From contig JADJWV010000003.1 in assembly GCA_016716185.1 (NCBI GenBank), positions 23,759 through 87,758 of the forward strand: 64,000 nucleotides of DNA, written 5' to 3'. A model generated the notes under the pieces. That model searched no databases and was not told the origin of the DNA. It saw only the letters and a list, made by a program, of their open reading frames with translations. The stretch is from Saprospiraceae bacterium (GTDB lineage Bacteria > Bacteroidota > Bacteroidia > Chitinophagales > Saprospiraceae). Of this stretch, positions 28,324 to 37,957 are shown one piece after another. Each line of letters opens with the position of its first letter. Position 1 is the first letter of the stretch. Both the position numbers and the translations under genes were made by a program.

Positions 28324-29655
28324 CTATTGCGATGGATCCCGGACATGAAGTATTCTTATAATTAATAAGCTTGCCGCAAAAGGGACTAACCAAATCATTT
28401 TACATCCTAGCCTATCTATTGCATTTGCAAATGTTCCGCAATCCCAGGCATTCAGCACTATACCCCCTAAAAAAATCAGTACAATGATTTTCACATGACT
28501 GCCCAGGATTCCTGTAAATAAAGGCCAAATAATCAAAATGGCCATCAATCCTAAAATAACAATGATCTGAAATAGAGTATTAAAAAAGTCTATGAAGGCA
28601 AATTGGGATTGGTTTTGCTTTGAAGAAGAGTAGGCTTTCAATTCGTGTGGAAAATATTGGGAAATTCTTTGGTACAAAAGCGTTCCCTTAAGAAAACTTA
28701 TGTTGCCATCATTGATTGAAAATAGTTTCAATTGTTGAATTGTAGCTTTGAACGACTCGATAAGATGCATAGCAATAAACTTTGGTTGAGTTAGCGTAGC
28801 GTAAATTATTTCATTGAATTCTTTTTCTGTTTCTCTCCATCCTCCAATTTTATAAAAAGGACTTTCTTCATCCCATATAAATTTATAAGCTCTGTCTGGT
28901 AAAGAATCTTTGTAAGCACATAATTTATATTGTTTAGCAGCGCAGAAGTCTTTCAGGTAATTTTTTAAAATTCCATGCTCAACTAATGCTCCCATAAAGA
29001 AAACATGTTTTGATTTAGAGAGAGCCGAGCCCATTGTAATTACGGAAGTGATTGTTAAAAGAAGAAGCCATACAATTTTTGAATTTCTGTCGGGGCAATT
29101 TTTTATTGGTAGAAGAAAATTTCTCAAACTGAATATCAAAAGAAGTAATATCCCGAACAATAAAATATGAGACATATGGGTTGCAACTGAAATAAAAAAT
29201 ATAGCATACAACAAAACCACAACCCAACGACTGGTTGTACTGAACAAAACAAGTATTAAAGAAACTAAGGCAATTGGAGTAAATACATCAGGCATAATTT
29301 GGCTTACGGTCCATGAAATACCTGTAAATACGGATAGAAATGCAATAATCAGGAGTCCATATTTGAGATAGGAATTGCTCCCTGTGATGAGCCTCACAAG
29401 AATATAGATAAGATACGATAGGATTATTCCCTGAAAAAAAACTACAAGCCATAATGATAATCCGTTCATACTGAAAATTCGTATTAAAAGTCCATAGGCA
29501 ATAGGCCTGTCAAACGGTGTTTCCAGTTCAAACCCAGAAGCAATGTATGTTGAAGTGTCTGAATAAACGATTGGGAATCCGTTATAAAAAGCATCAGTCA
29601 TCAGACAAAGTGCCCCAAGAAAAACAAAGAGAATAAACTTAAAGTTTTCTTTCAT
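28324..29655 (-). CDS. Polytopic integral membrane protein (function unknown; possibly glycosyltransferase-C-like)
   Basis: More than 8 hydrophobic segments with one central soluble loop. No catalytic motif recognised. Confidence 0.6.
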   Translation of the reverse strand: MKENFKFILFVFLGALCLMTDAFYNGFPIVYSDTSTYIASGFELETPFDRPIAYGLLIRIFSMNGLSLWLVVFFQGIILSYLIYILVRLITGSNSYLKYGLLIIAFLSVFTGISWTVSQIMPDVFTPIALVSLILVLFSTTSRWVVVLLYAIFFISVATHMSHILLFGILLLLIFSLRNFLLPIKNCPDRNSKIVWLLLLTITSVITMGSALSKSKHVFFMGALVEHGILKNYLKDFCAAKQYKLCAYKDSLPDRAYKFIWDEESPFYKIGGWRETEKEFNEIIYATLTQPKFIAMHLIESFKATIQQLKLFSINDGNISFLKGTLLYQRISQYFPHELKAYSSSKQNQSQFAFIDFFNTLFQIIVILGLMAILIIWPLFTGILGSHVKIIVLIFLGGIVLNAWDCGTFANAIDRLGCKMIWLVPFAASLLIIRILHVRDPSQ

Positions 29656-29916
29656 ATTTAAATGTCGCTTACGACAGTTCGTTCAAAACTACCGTTGTAA
29701 ATCCGAAGTTAAATGAATAGGATTTATGAATGCAATATTAATGATTTGCAGCGCGAAAATTACTAAAAAAACAGAGTTGGATTCTTCCGTACATAAATTA
29801 TAACTCCTTTATTCTTCCTAAAATTCGTTGTCATAGCCAAAATATAAGAGGGCTCTCCGATGGGTACCCAATCATTAAAACATCAGATGAGATGGTTCCA
29901 ATTTCTCATTCGGCTT

Positions 29917-30558
29917 TCATGAGACCTTTAAAGTGGGATAAGTTTGTTTATTTGCTTCTGCGCTTTTATTTCTTATAATGATCCAGGCAACTATGAGGTT
30001 TGGAATCCAACATAACCAGGCTACGATTCGGTAAGCACTATTGAAATCGCCCAAAGTAAAAGTTAATAAGGGAAGCCAAACTCTTAAAGTCACTGCTGCA
30101 AAACAAGCTGCGTAACTAAAGATCATAAGTTTTTCGTGGCGATCCATATTTCCCCTTCTAATGGCCGTGTATCCCGAACCAGTCGTTATTAACCAAATTA
30201 TGCCAAGAAAAAAGAATCCAAGAATACTTACGATTCCTCCAGTAGCGAACAAAGCAATATAGAGACTACTGACACCACTAACGAGGACAGAAATTACATA
30301 GATCTTGCCAATTGCTTTATGCAGCTCATTCTTTTTGATCCTCAACTTCGAACTAAATTGCAGCCATCCTACTAATAAAGCCAGTCCACCGAAAATTATA
30401 TGGCCGTAAAAAGCCATGTTCCATAAATGGTCATTTAACAGATCTTCTGATTTTGAAGACAATAATCCAAATCGCCTGTCCATCAGAAAATAGATCATTG
30501 GATACAGCCCAATAAGCGTGGATAAAGTACCCACGAGAATCCAAGAAATTTTCTTCAT
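29917..30558 (-). CDS. DUF2306-like membrane protein
   Basis: Six TM segments and a YGHIIFGGLALLVGWLQF motif resembling DUF2306. The call is from memory. Confidence 0.55.
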   Translation of the reverse strand: MKKISWILVGTLSTLIGLYPMIYFLMDRRFGLLSSKSEDLLNDHLWNMAFYGHIIFGGLALLVGWLQFSSKLRIKKNELHKAIGKIYVISVLVSGVSSLYIALFATGGIVSILGFFFLGIIWLITTGSGYTAIRRGNMDRHEKLMIFSYAACFAAVTLRVWLPLLTFTLGDFNSAYRIVAWLCWIPNLIVAWIIIRNKSAEANKQTYPTLKVS

Positions 30559-31024
30559 TTGATATGATTATTTGATTTTAAAGAGATCATTTAACATTGA
30601 TATTAAAAGTGGCTTAAAATTTCGTTCAAAATTCAAAACGAATAGAATAAGCTTTTCAGAACTAAAGACGGTCAACATCGAACAGCGGATTATAAGATTA
30701 TCAAGTGTTAGAGTTTTTACTTCAAGAAATATTTTTTATGCTCATATAATTCAATAGGAGATAATCTGTATTCATAATTAAAACGCATGATTTTAAATAC
30801 TTCATTAATAGTAATTCAGCCGGCATAACGTTGAACCAGTTAAGCATTTCATGTAATTTTTTATATAAAAGGGTCCTTTTCTTAAAATCTATAAAATGCA
30901 ACACAATCATTTACCAACCCATTATAGACCCTGTCAGTTCAATTGTATTACATACATAAAGAGACCTTTAATGTCATTATGTTTACTCTTTCAATACAAA
31001 TGTAAACTTGCAGACATTATTATT

Positions 31025-32266
31025 TCAATGGCTCACAAATATTTTATGGAGCTTGTTGTCAGTTTCTATTAAATAAAGTCCGTTCTGAAACTCTTCGGTC
31101 GAAATACGATTGACGTTTTCTCTTTTTAAAATTAACCTTCCAAAAATATTAAATACCCTTACGACTTTAACTTTAGCTGAGAAATCCAAAACTTCATCAG
31201 CAGGGTTTGGGTAAGCCAAAATGGATGGGTAGGAGTTCCTTTCATCATTAGCAGTTGCAACATTAGTTGAAATTGGTCCGATGTATTTTTTTGCAACTAC
31301 CAAGTGGTCGAAGTAAACATTACCCATATGATTTGGCGGATTCTGGTCATTAAAATTACGAAGCCATAAATAATTAAGATTGAGAGCTTTATCATTTCTA
31401 AATTGAAATCCTTCAAAAGGTAATCCGGCTCCTTCTGTAAAATAATTATAATTCCAGGTTCCTGTTGGAAATTGATAACCCAGGTCAGATACCAAAATTC
31501 CGTTCACCCATAGTTTAATGGCGCCATTAGATGAAGAAACGGGGTCATTGAGCTTAATCATAACCTCAATACAATTCCAGGCAGCCAGTTCAATGTTGTC
31601 AAAAGAGGTGTTATTGTAAAATTGATTTCCATAATATGGCCCAAGTGAACTCTGATGCATCCCCATCCAATATGTGTATAAACCAAATAGGGAATTTGCA
31701 GTTGGCCTTCCGTTGGCAATATCCTTTATTTCTGTTCCAACATGGAATTCTTTATTCCCTGATGGTAAATTTCCACCAATATTCCCAGGTATATTAGCAG
31801 GTGGATTTTTTCCACCAATCCATAAGCCTGAATGGTGATAAATTGTGTTGGTATCGTATTTAATATAATATCTAACGAAAATAGAATCTACAATGTCAGG
31901 AGCAATCAACTTGTAGAGCAAAGTATTCTGATTAGTGTTTGTGCCATCTTGTATGGTTACAAGTCGCAATGATTTATTTCCAGGACTGCCCTTAGGCACG
32001 GAAGGGTCCGAAAGGATATTTGAAGCATTCGGAGAAATTTTATTCCAGTTTCCGCTTGAGATTAAATTATTAACGGAACCTTCAAACATTTCTACAAAAA
32101 TAACATTCGAATCTTTTTGTATATTATTATCAAAAGGATAGCTGCTTGCGATTTGAGCATTTAGTTTTCCTGCCGTTGTCGGAATTAATCCTACAGCCAG
32201 AAATACAACAGCATTAAATTTGGATTTATGCCTCATGTTTAAGATGTTTTGAACTTTAATATGCAT
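31025..32266 (-). CDS. Secreted jelly-roll/lectin-like protein with T9SS type-A CTD
   Basis: Signal peptide (start probably MRHKSKFNAVVFLAV at ~32236). C-terminal AYPNPADEVLDF ... GLYLIE sorting domain. The central WNCIEVMIKLND ... GAIKLWVNG segment resembles concanavalin-like folds. Confidence 0.65.
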   Translation of the reverse strand: MHIKVQNILNMRHKSKFNAVVFLAVGLIPTTAGKLNAQIASSYPFDNNIQKDSNVIFVEMFEGSVNNLISSGNWNKISPNASNILSDPSVPKGSPGNKSLRLVTIQDGTNTNQNTLLYKLIAPDIVDSIFVRYYIKYDTNTIYHHSGLWIGGKNPPANIPGNIGGNLPSGNKEFHVGTEIKDIANGRPTANSLFGLYTYWMGMHQSSLGPYYGNQFYNNTSFDNIELAAWNCIEVMIKLNDPVSSSNGAIKLWVNGILVSDLGYQFPTGTWNYNYFTEGAGLPFEGFQFRNDKALNLNYLWLRNFNDQNPPNHMGNVYFDHLVVAKKYIGPISTNVATANDERNSYPSILAYPNPADEVLDFSAKVKVVRVFNIFGRLILKRENVNRISTEEFQNGLYLIETDNKLHKIFVSH

Positions 32267-32600
32267 GACTCACTTTCAATTCAAATGAAAGTTATTGATT
32301 TTTAATAAAAATACAATATTCCGGTAGAAATTTCAATTAATTTTTTAAATAGAAATAGTAACAGAGACTGAAAATCCATTGTGGAACTTTTATCAAATAT
32401 GGCCTCGGTTCGAAGCTTATAGAACCCAGGTATTAGAGTTGGGAACCATCTACGTCCAACTGTTGGTTTTGAGAGTCCGCATAAATTGAAAAGTCAGTTC
32501 AATCTTCCTTTCATTTAAACCCATATTTTCGCAAATACAATAGCCCGTTTGAAGTTGGTTAACCAAAGATCGATCCAAAGTTATTAAGACTTCCTGGTCA

Positions 32601-33152
32601 TTATTCCTTGTTGAGTGATAAACTTCTGTAATCTTTCCAAAGATAGACCACCCACAAGACACCTAAAAATTGAATACCTGTATATGCTAAAGTGTTGGAC
32701 AAATTATCGTGACTGTAAGTTCCATTGACCACATTCCAATACATGAAAAAAAATGGAAAGAATATGAGTAGGGAACCTCTTCTTAACCAGGCAGGATAAA
32801 TCCTGCAAAAACTAATCAATACGATCGCAGGCAATAAAGGCAATAATACAGTTGCCATCTTTTCATTGTTTATGGCTGATACAGAACTCGATGCAAATGA
32901 AACTCCATAGGCAATGCCCAATAAAATATAACCGACACCAAAGGGGGAAGCCAGATTTTGACCCCGAGAACCAACTTGCCTGCTCGCCAACACACTTGCC
33001 ATGATGGCCATGCTATCTCCAATTTGCCAGGAAGTCATTTGTTCAAAACTTTCCCAGGGAAAAAACGAGCCCAGTATACCCAAACAAAAATTGGCTATGT
33101 AACCAACCGATATAAAAATCAGAAGTAAACGAGTTTCTTTTTCAGGATTCAT
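32601..33152 (-). CDS. Hypothetical integral membrane protein
   Basis: Five to six hydrophobic segments. No motif recognised. Confidence 0.5.
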   Translation of the reverse strand: MNPEKETRLLLIFISVGYIANFCLGILGSFFPWESFEQMTSWQIGDSMAIMASVLASRQVGSRGQNLASPFGVGYILLGIAYGVSFASSSVSAINNEKMATVLLPLLPAIVLISFCRIYPAWLRRGSLLIFFPFFFMYWNVVNGTYSHDNLSNTLAYTGIQFLGVLWVVYLWKDYRSLSLNKE

Positions 33153-33645
33153 GATTTTATAATATTTCTTTATTGTCCCAATGCAATTTTATTTCATTCC
33201 TTCTCACCCCATCATCCAATAAGAATCAAACAAAAGTAGCAAAACCTCCACTACTGCTATTGCATTCTAAATCTCCAGAGTTTTCTTCAGCTTTTTACTC
33301 TGGCCTTTAATCATGGCGCTGTGCTCCATGGCTGGGTTCAATCTATTCGGTTAATTCAATACCAACCTGGGGTTTGCCCTGAAGTTCTGTTTTGGCTTTT
33401 ACAATAAGGAGTGTCCAATTCCAGAAGACCGGTCTGACAAGAACCTATATTTTAAGATTTCGGGACCCATTTTCTATCGTTTGAGAGGTTTAAACATGAA
33501 TTTCATCTCCAAATTCAAATTTTTTTTATTAAATATTATAATATATTATGTTGTATTTAAGTGTTTTATACATTATAGATAAAATTATTTATTAAAAACT
33601 TCAAAAAAAACTTGGATCGGTAAAATATTCATGTATACCTTTGTG

Positions 33646-33667
33646 GTGTACTATTAAACTAATACAC
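33646..33667. promoter_or_regulatory. Candidate operator for the downstream YtrA-like GntR regulator
   Basis: Imperfect inverted repeat GTGTACTA-N6-TAATACAC, 15 nt upstream of the first gene of the ABC/GntR operon. Confidence 0.3.
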
Positions 33668-33681
33668 TAAAACAATAGACA

Positions 33682-34499
33682 ATGATACAGGTAAATGAAA
33701 TGAGTTTCGGATACCGAAAGAAAAAGGCTCCCCTGTTCCAGAATCTGAATCTTCAGCTGGAACCCGGAACCATCAATGGTATCCTCGGTAAAAACGGTGC
33801 CGGTAAAACTACTTTTCTGAGAGTGGTTTCGGTCTGCTGTTCCCTCAGCATGGTGAGGCCCTGGTAAACGGTGTTGAAAGCCGCGATCGTCATGTAGAAA
33901 TGCTTTCCGACATGTACTATGTTCAGGAAGAATACATTCTTCCCGAAGTCACAATTAAAAGATATGTCGATTTGTATGCCAACTTCTATCCCAACTGGAA
34001 CCAGGAAAAATTCGAAAGCATCCTGGTCGAATTCGAACTGCCCTCTGATGGCAAGCTTAAGGAACTGTCTTTTGGCCAGAAGAAAAAATTCCTCATTGCA
34101 TTCGCATTGGCTACCGGATGTAAACTCCTGATTTTAGACGAACCCACCAACGGTCTGGATATTCCGTCTAAAATGGTGTTCAGAAAAGTAGTTTCCGCTT
34201 CTTTAAATGAGGACCAGTGCATTTTGATCTCAACCCACCAGGTGAAAGATGTAGCCAACTTATTGGATCGCATCGTGGTGGTAGAAGGTGGCCGTGTGAT
34301 CTTCAACAAAGATCTTTACAGCATCTCTTCTGCATATCGCTTTGATTTCGTACCGGGATCACAGCTTCCCGAAAAATACATTTACGCAGAACAAGTTCCG
34401 GGAGGCCACGTCGTCATGAATCCAAATACGGATCATCAGGTTCAAACCGAAGTGGATATTGAAATATTATTCAATGCCATTATTTCAAAATCAATTTAA
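33682..34499 (+). pseudogene. ABC transporter ATP-binding protein, split by a 1-nt frameshift near 33829-33832
   Basis: Walker A GKNGAGKTT lies in ORF 33682..33867. Signature SFGQKKK, Walker B LLILDEP and the H-loop STHQ lie in ORF 33900..34499. Frame 3 reads GLLFPQHGEALVNG directly after VVS if the GG at 33830-33831 were GGG. Confidence 0.8.
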
Positions 34500-34520
34500 T
34501 CCTGCTAAAAATCAACAATT

Positions 34521-35277
34521 ATGAACAGCTCATTTAGTATGAACAGAATAAACTGGTTGACCAAAAAGGAATTTTACGAATCGTTTCTTCCTTTTTTCAG
34601 GATCATGGGTATTGTGCTCGTTGGAATCCTGGTACTCACCAGTGTTGTCGCCTACTTCGAATCAGGAAATGTCGGGACCGTATCACTTGAAGGATTTTTT
34701 GTAGTCTTCGGATTTATCTATATCGTCAATTCGTTTGAAGAACTCAAAAAATTACCCACGCGAGCGGATTATCTGAATTTACCTGCCACCACCTTTGAAA
34801 AGGTATTCACCAAATGGTTGTTTGGTAATATCCTTTACTGGATAGGTGCCGTAATCATGTTTTACATGTTTTATCTGGGTCACCAGCTCATCGTAGATGT
34901 GATTATGAAAAAAAGAAACCGGTGGATACAATATTTTCACCAAAGAAAATCTACAAGGACTTCATTTTACGATTGTTGTGTTTAGTATTTTCTTCTTTGG
35001 AGCAGCCATGTTCAACACGGGTTCCTGGTATAAAGTAATCCTTTGGACCATCTTAGGAGCATTGGCTTACATGTTGCTGGTGACCATTTTTGCTTACCTG
35101 TTGTTTCCGGAATTCAGAGATGGCATACATGGTGTCGATGTCGATCACAATGTGCCCATCGATCTCATCCTCGAGGATTTCTGGATGTTTAAATTCGGAA
35201 AGTTTTTCATTCAATATTTGGCTGCACCTTTCTTCTGGTATATGACTTATTTAAAAATAAAAGAAAAGGAGGTGTAA
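34521..35277 (+). pseudogene. Membrane protein of the ABC/GntR operon, split by a frameshift in the A7 run at 34908-34914
   Basis: With A6 the reading continues MKKETGGYNIFTKENLQGLHFTIVVFSIFFFGAAMF, merging ORFs 34521..34985 and 34978..35277 into one ~250-aa polytopic protein. Confidence 0.7.
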
Positions 35278-35279
35278 CT

Positions 35280-35663
35280 ATGGAATTCAAAAAATCATTA
35301 TCAATATTCGAACAAATCGGTATGTCAGTTCAGGAAAACATCATCAGCAACTCCTGGAAAGAAGGGGACAGGATCCCTTCAGTTCGCGAATACGCAACTA
35401 ATATCCAGGTCAATCCCAATACGGTTATGCGCACGTATACATTATTGCAGGACCAGGGAATCATCGAAAACAGGAGAGGCATTGGATTCTTTGTTGCCAA
35501 CGGTGCCAAACTTAAATCCATCGATAATCGCAAAGATCAGTTTGCCGAAGATTTTCTGCCGGAATTGTTCAGAACCATGGACCAACTTGGCATCAGTTGG
35601 GACGAAATGAAAAATTATTATTCACAATGGAAAAACAATCAAAGCCATGAAGCTCAGCAATAA
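35280..35663 (+). CDS. GntR-family (YtrA-like) transcriptional regulator
   Basis: Winged-HTH segment GDRIPSVREYATNIQVNPNTVMRTYTLLQDQGIIENRRGIGFFV with a short C-terminal tail (127 aa), typical of the YtrA subfamily. Confidence 0.85.
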   Translation: MEFKKSLSIFEQIGMSVQENIISNSWKEGDRIPSVREYATNIQVNPNTVMRTYTLLQDQGIIENRRGIGFFVANGAKLKSIDNRKDQFAEDFLPELFRTMDQLGISWDEMKNYYSQWKNNQSHEAQQ

Positions 35664-36405
35664 ATTAGCCATCGCCGCCATTGGCCTGGTGGTCGTAAGT
35701 ACTCTGGTGGTCATGATCAAGGTTAAAATGGAATCAAAAACTTACATTGAAAACCTGACTATTGGAAACAAAGCCTGGATAGAAATTGACGTCCCTCTCA
35801 GCAATTATTCCGTGATCGATGCAGGGAAACATTTTGAAGTCTATTGGCACAAAGGAAGTCCAAAAGCAACCATTCGGGTAGAAGAAAATCTGAAAGACTT
35901 TGTTAAAGTAACACAGGATAGCAGTAAAGTAAAAGTGATCATGGACAGCATCCAAAGTTACAGATCTCATGAAGCCATCAGAATTGACTTCTATTCAGAT
36001 ACACTGACCGAAATCTATTTACATGGATTTGTTGAATTTGTAATGAAAGACAGCCTGATGGCCAACCAACTTATGATTACCATGGAAAATCATGCAGAAG
36101 CTTCGATGAAACTGATCGTGAGCCAATTGAATGTGCGTTTGAATGATTTTTCACAGTTAAAAATCCGGGGTCAAGCCACCCAGACTGAAATCGTCATGGA
36201 TGACCATAGCGAACTGAAAGCAAGAGAACTCAACACCGAAACGATGAACCTCGAGATGCAGGATTTTTGCGAAGCCAGGGTAAGCGTTGCAAAGAAACTG
36301 GTGGCTAATTGCTCCGATCATTCAAATCTTACTTATTCCGGTTCATTGAGTCTGGAAACTCAAATCAATAACAAGGAATTTAGCGAAGTAAACAGATCAG
36401 AATAA
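35647..36405 (+). CDS. DUF2807 / GIN-domain (beta-helix) protein with N-terminal TM anchor
   Basis: N-terminal TM segment, then repetitive beta-strand units (LNVRLNDFSQLKIRG, TEIVMDDHSELKAREL, MNLEMQDFCEARVSV, VANCSDHSNLTYSG). Confidence 0.6.
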   Translation: MKLSNKLAIAAIGLVVVSTLVVMIKVKMESKTYIENLTIGNKAWIEIDVPLSNYSVIDAGKHFEVYWHKGSPKATIRVEENLKDFVKVTQDSSKVKVIMDSIQSYRSHEAIRIDFYSDTLTEIYLHGFVEFVMKDSLMANQLMITMENHAEASMKLIVSQLNVRLNDFSQLKIRGQATQTEIVMDDHSELKARELNTETMNLEMQDFCEARVSVAKKLVANCSDHSNLTYSGSLSLETQINNKEFSEVNRSE

Positions 36406-36739
36406 AACACAGGACCAGCTCAAAGGAGCGGGAAAGGATTTTAGAAGACAGAGTAAATACAAAATATTATTCTGTTTAAAGTCAATAAATGTGTGAATCA
36501 AAAAATTTATTTTAACAATATTTTAAAAATAAAAAATAATAATTAAGTTTTTATTAAAAACATTCTCACCGGTGCAACGTTATCTTTACGTAGTCATCTT
36601 TAGAGAAGACTTTTGAAACACCTGGGATTTTAAACAAACCGACGCTTCCGGAACAAGCAAATGATGGAGAAAGATTGCGACTTGCCAATGGGCAGGGTGG
36701 GAGCTTCATTTTTTAATCGAATTAAAAAAAACTGGACAT

Positions 36740-37495
36740 ATGAAAACATTAAACATTTTTAAAAACGCATGGGTAGCTTTGTTCTTCCTCGTTTTTTCAA
36801 CAACAACTTCTTCTTTTGCCGGAGATCAAATGCCCGAAGCATTAGAAGCCACCGAACTCAGATTTTCAGAGTTCAAATGCAACGTGAAAGATTTTCACAG
36901 AAATATTCTCTTCACAGCACAAGGCGAATATTTTAAATATTTCTTCTTTCAAAATGGACTGAGTATTCTTCCTACAGAAACGCTGAATGCAAATTCCATG
37001 GCCGTATTAAAAACTACAGATCATAGGCAGTCTTTTAATCTCCGCTGGGATAATGCCAACAGCAATATGGAAGTCGTGGGTGCTGAAGAATTCAAATACA
37101 GAAGAAAAGCAAAAGCTGCTAAAGACTGCGAAGAAAAACAATACCGCAAGCTTTACTTCAATCAGCTGTATCCCGGTATCGACCTGATGTATGCAGATCA
37201 TGCCGACCAATTGGAATTGGATTTTCAGGTGGCTGCCGGTTTTAATCACGGAGATATCAGTTTCAGACTCGATGGAGCCGGAGAGATTAAAATTGACCAA
37301 TCCGGCAGACTGATTGTCAACACCCCGGGGGGAGAGTTCATGCTCGAAAAACCATTGGCTCAACAGGAAGGGAAACCTCTGAATGCGTCCTGGATAATCA
37401 ATGGACAAAGTATTCAATTAAAGATTTCTGCCTGTGATCATCAAAAACCAACATTGATCCGCACTCACCTGATCCAGAAAGGACAGGATAGCTGA
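36740..37495 (+). CDS. Secreted protein resembling the N-terminal module of SBBP-repeat proteins
   Basis: Signal peptide, then YPGIDLMY ... LELDFQVAAGFNHGDISFRLDGAGEIKIDQSGRLIVNTPGGEFMLEKPLAQQ. This is the pattern usually found in front of SBBP beta-propeller repeats. Confidence 0.55.
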   Translation: MKTLNIFKNAWVALFFLVFSTTTSSFAGDQMPEALEATELRFSEFKCNVKDFHRNILFTAQGEYFKYFFFQNGLSILPTETLNANSMAVLKTTDHRQSFNLRWDNANSNMEVVGAEEFKYRRKAKAAKDCEEKQYRKLYFNQLYPGIDLMYADHADQLELDFQVAAGFNHGDISFRLDGAGEIKIDQSGRLIVNTPGGEFMLEKPLAQQEGKPLNASWIINGQSIQLKISACDHQKPTLIRTHLIQKGQDS

Positions 37496-37532
37496 TCCAA
37501 AGATCTATAAATTTGAAGGTGTAGTTATGAAG

Positions 37533-37565
37533 GCAGTCTGTGCAAACGGACTGCTTTCTGTTTTA
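37533..37565 (+). terminator. Intrinsic terminator after CDS 36740..37495
   Basis: Stem GCAGTC / GACTGC (37533-37538 / 37549-37554) followed by TTTCTGTTTT. Confidence 0.6.
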
Positions 37566-37957
37566 ATCGAACTCGATTTTTCAGCTCATGTTGATCCTAT
37601 GAGGATTTGATTGATATTTTGGCGTTAAAATGAAAGCAATAAAAGCATTCCACCTCCTTAAATCAAGAATTCACGTCAACCATTTTCATTTTAGCTACTG
37701 AAATATCTGTGCTGATTTCTCCAATCACCAAAAAATCTTCTTGTTCCTTAGCGTCTTGGTGTCTTCTTGTAAAAAGTTAGGCAACGGAATTTCCATTTTT
37801 TAATACATGTCTGCTGGTCTAATGTCCTAAAGGTCAAAAGGTCTAATCGTCTAAAATTTTCTGGCTTTTCTATCTGACTTTGAAAGTCATAAACTAAACA
37901 GTTACAAAATTGAACGAATCAACCATACTTTTCCAATAAATTTGCCTTTCAGAAAGA

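Noticed and set aside
32400-32435. GGTTCGAAG string resembling a tRNA T-loop
   Set aside because: The flanking sequence cannot be folded into acceptor, D and anticodon arms, so there is no cloverleaf.
32450-32662. 70-aa minus-strand ORF overlapping the 3' end of CDS 32601..33152
   Set aside because: It overlaps a better-supported membrane-protein gene by 62 nt. It has no motif, signal or plausible ribosome-binding context.
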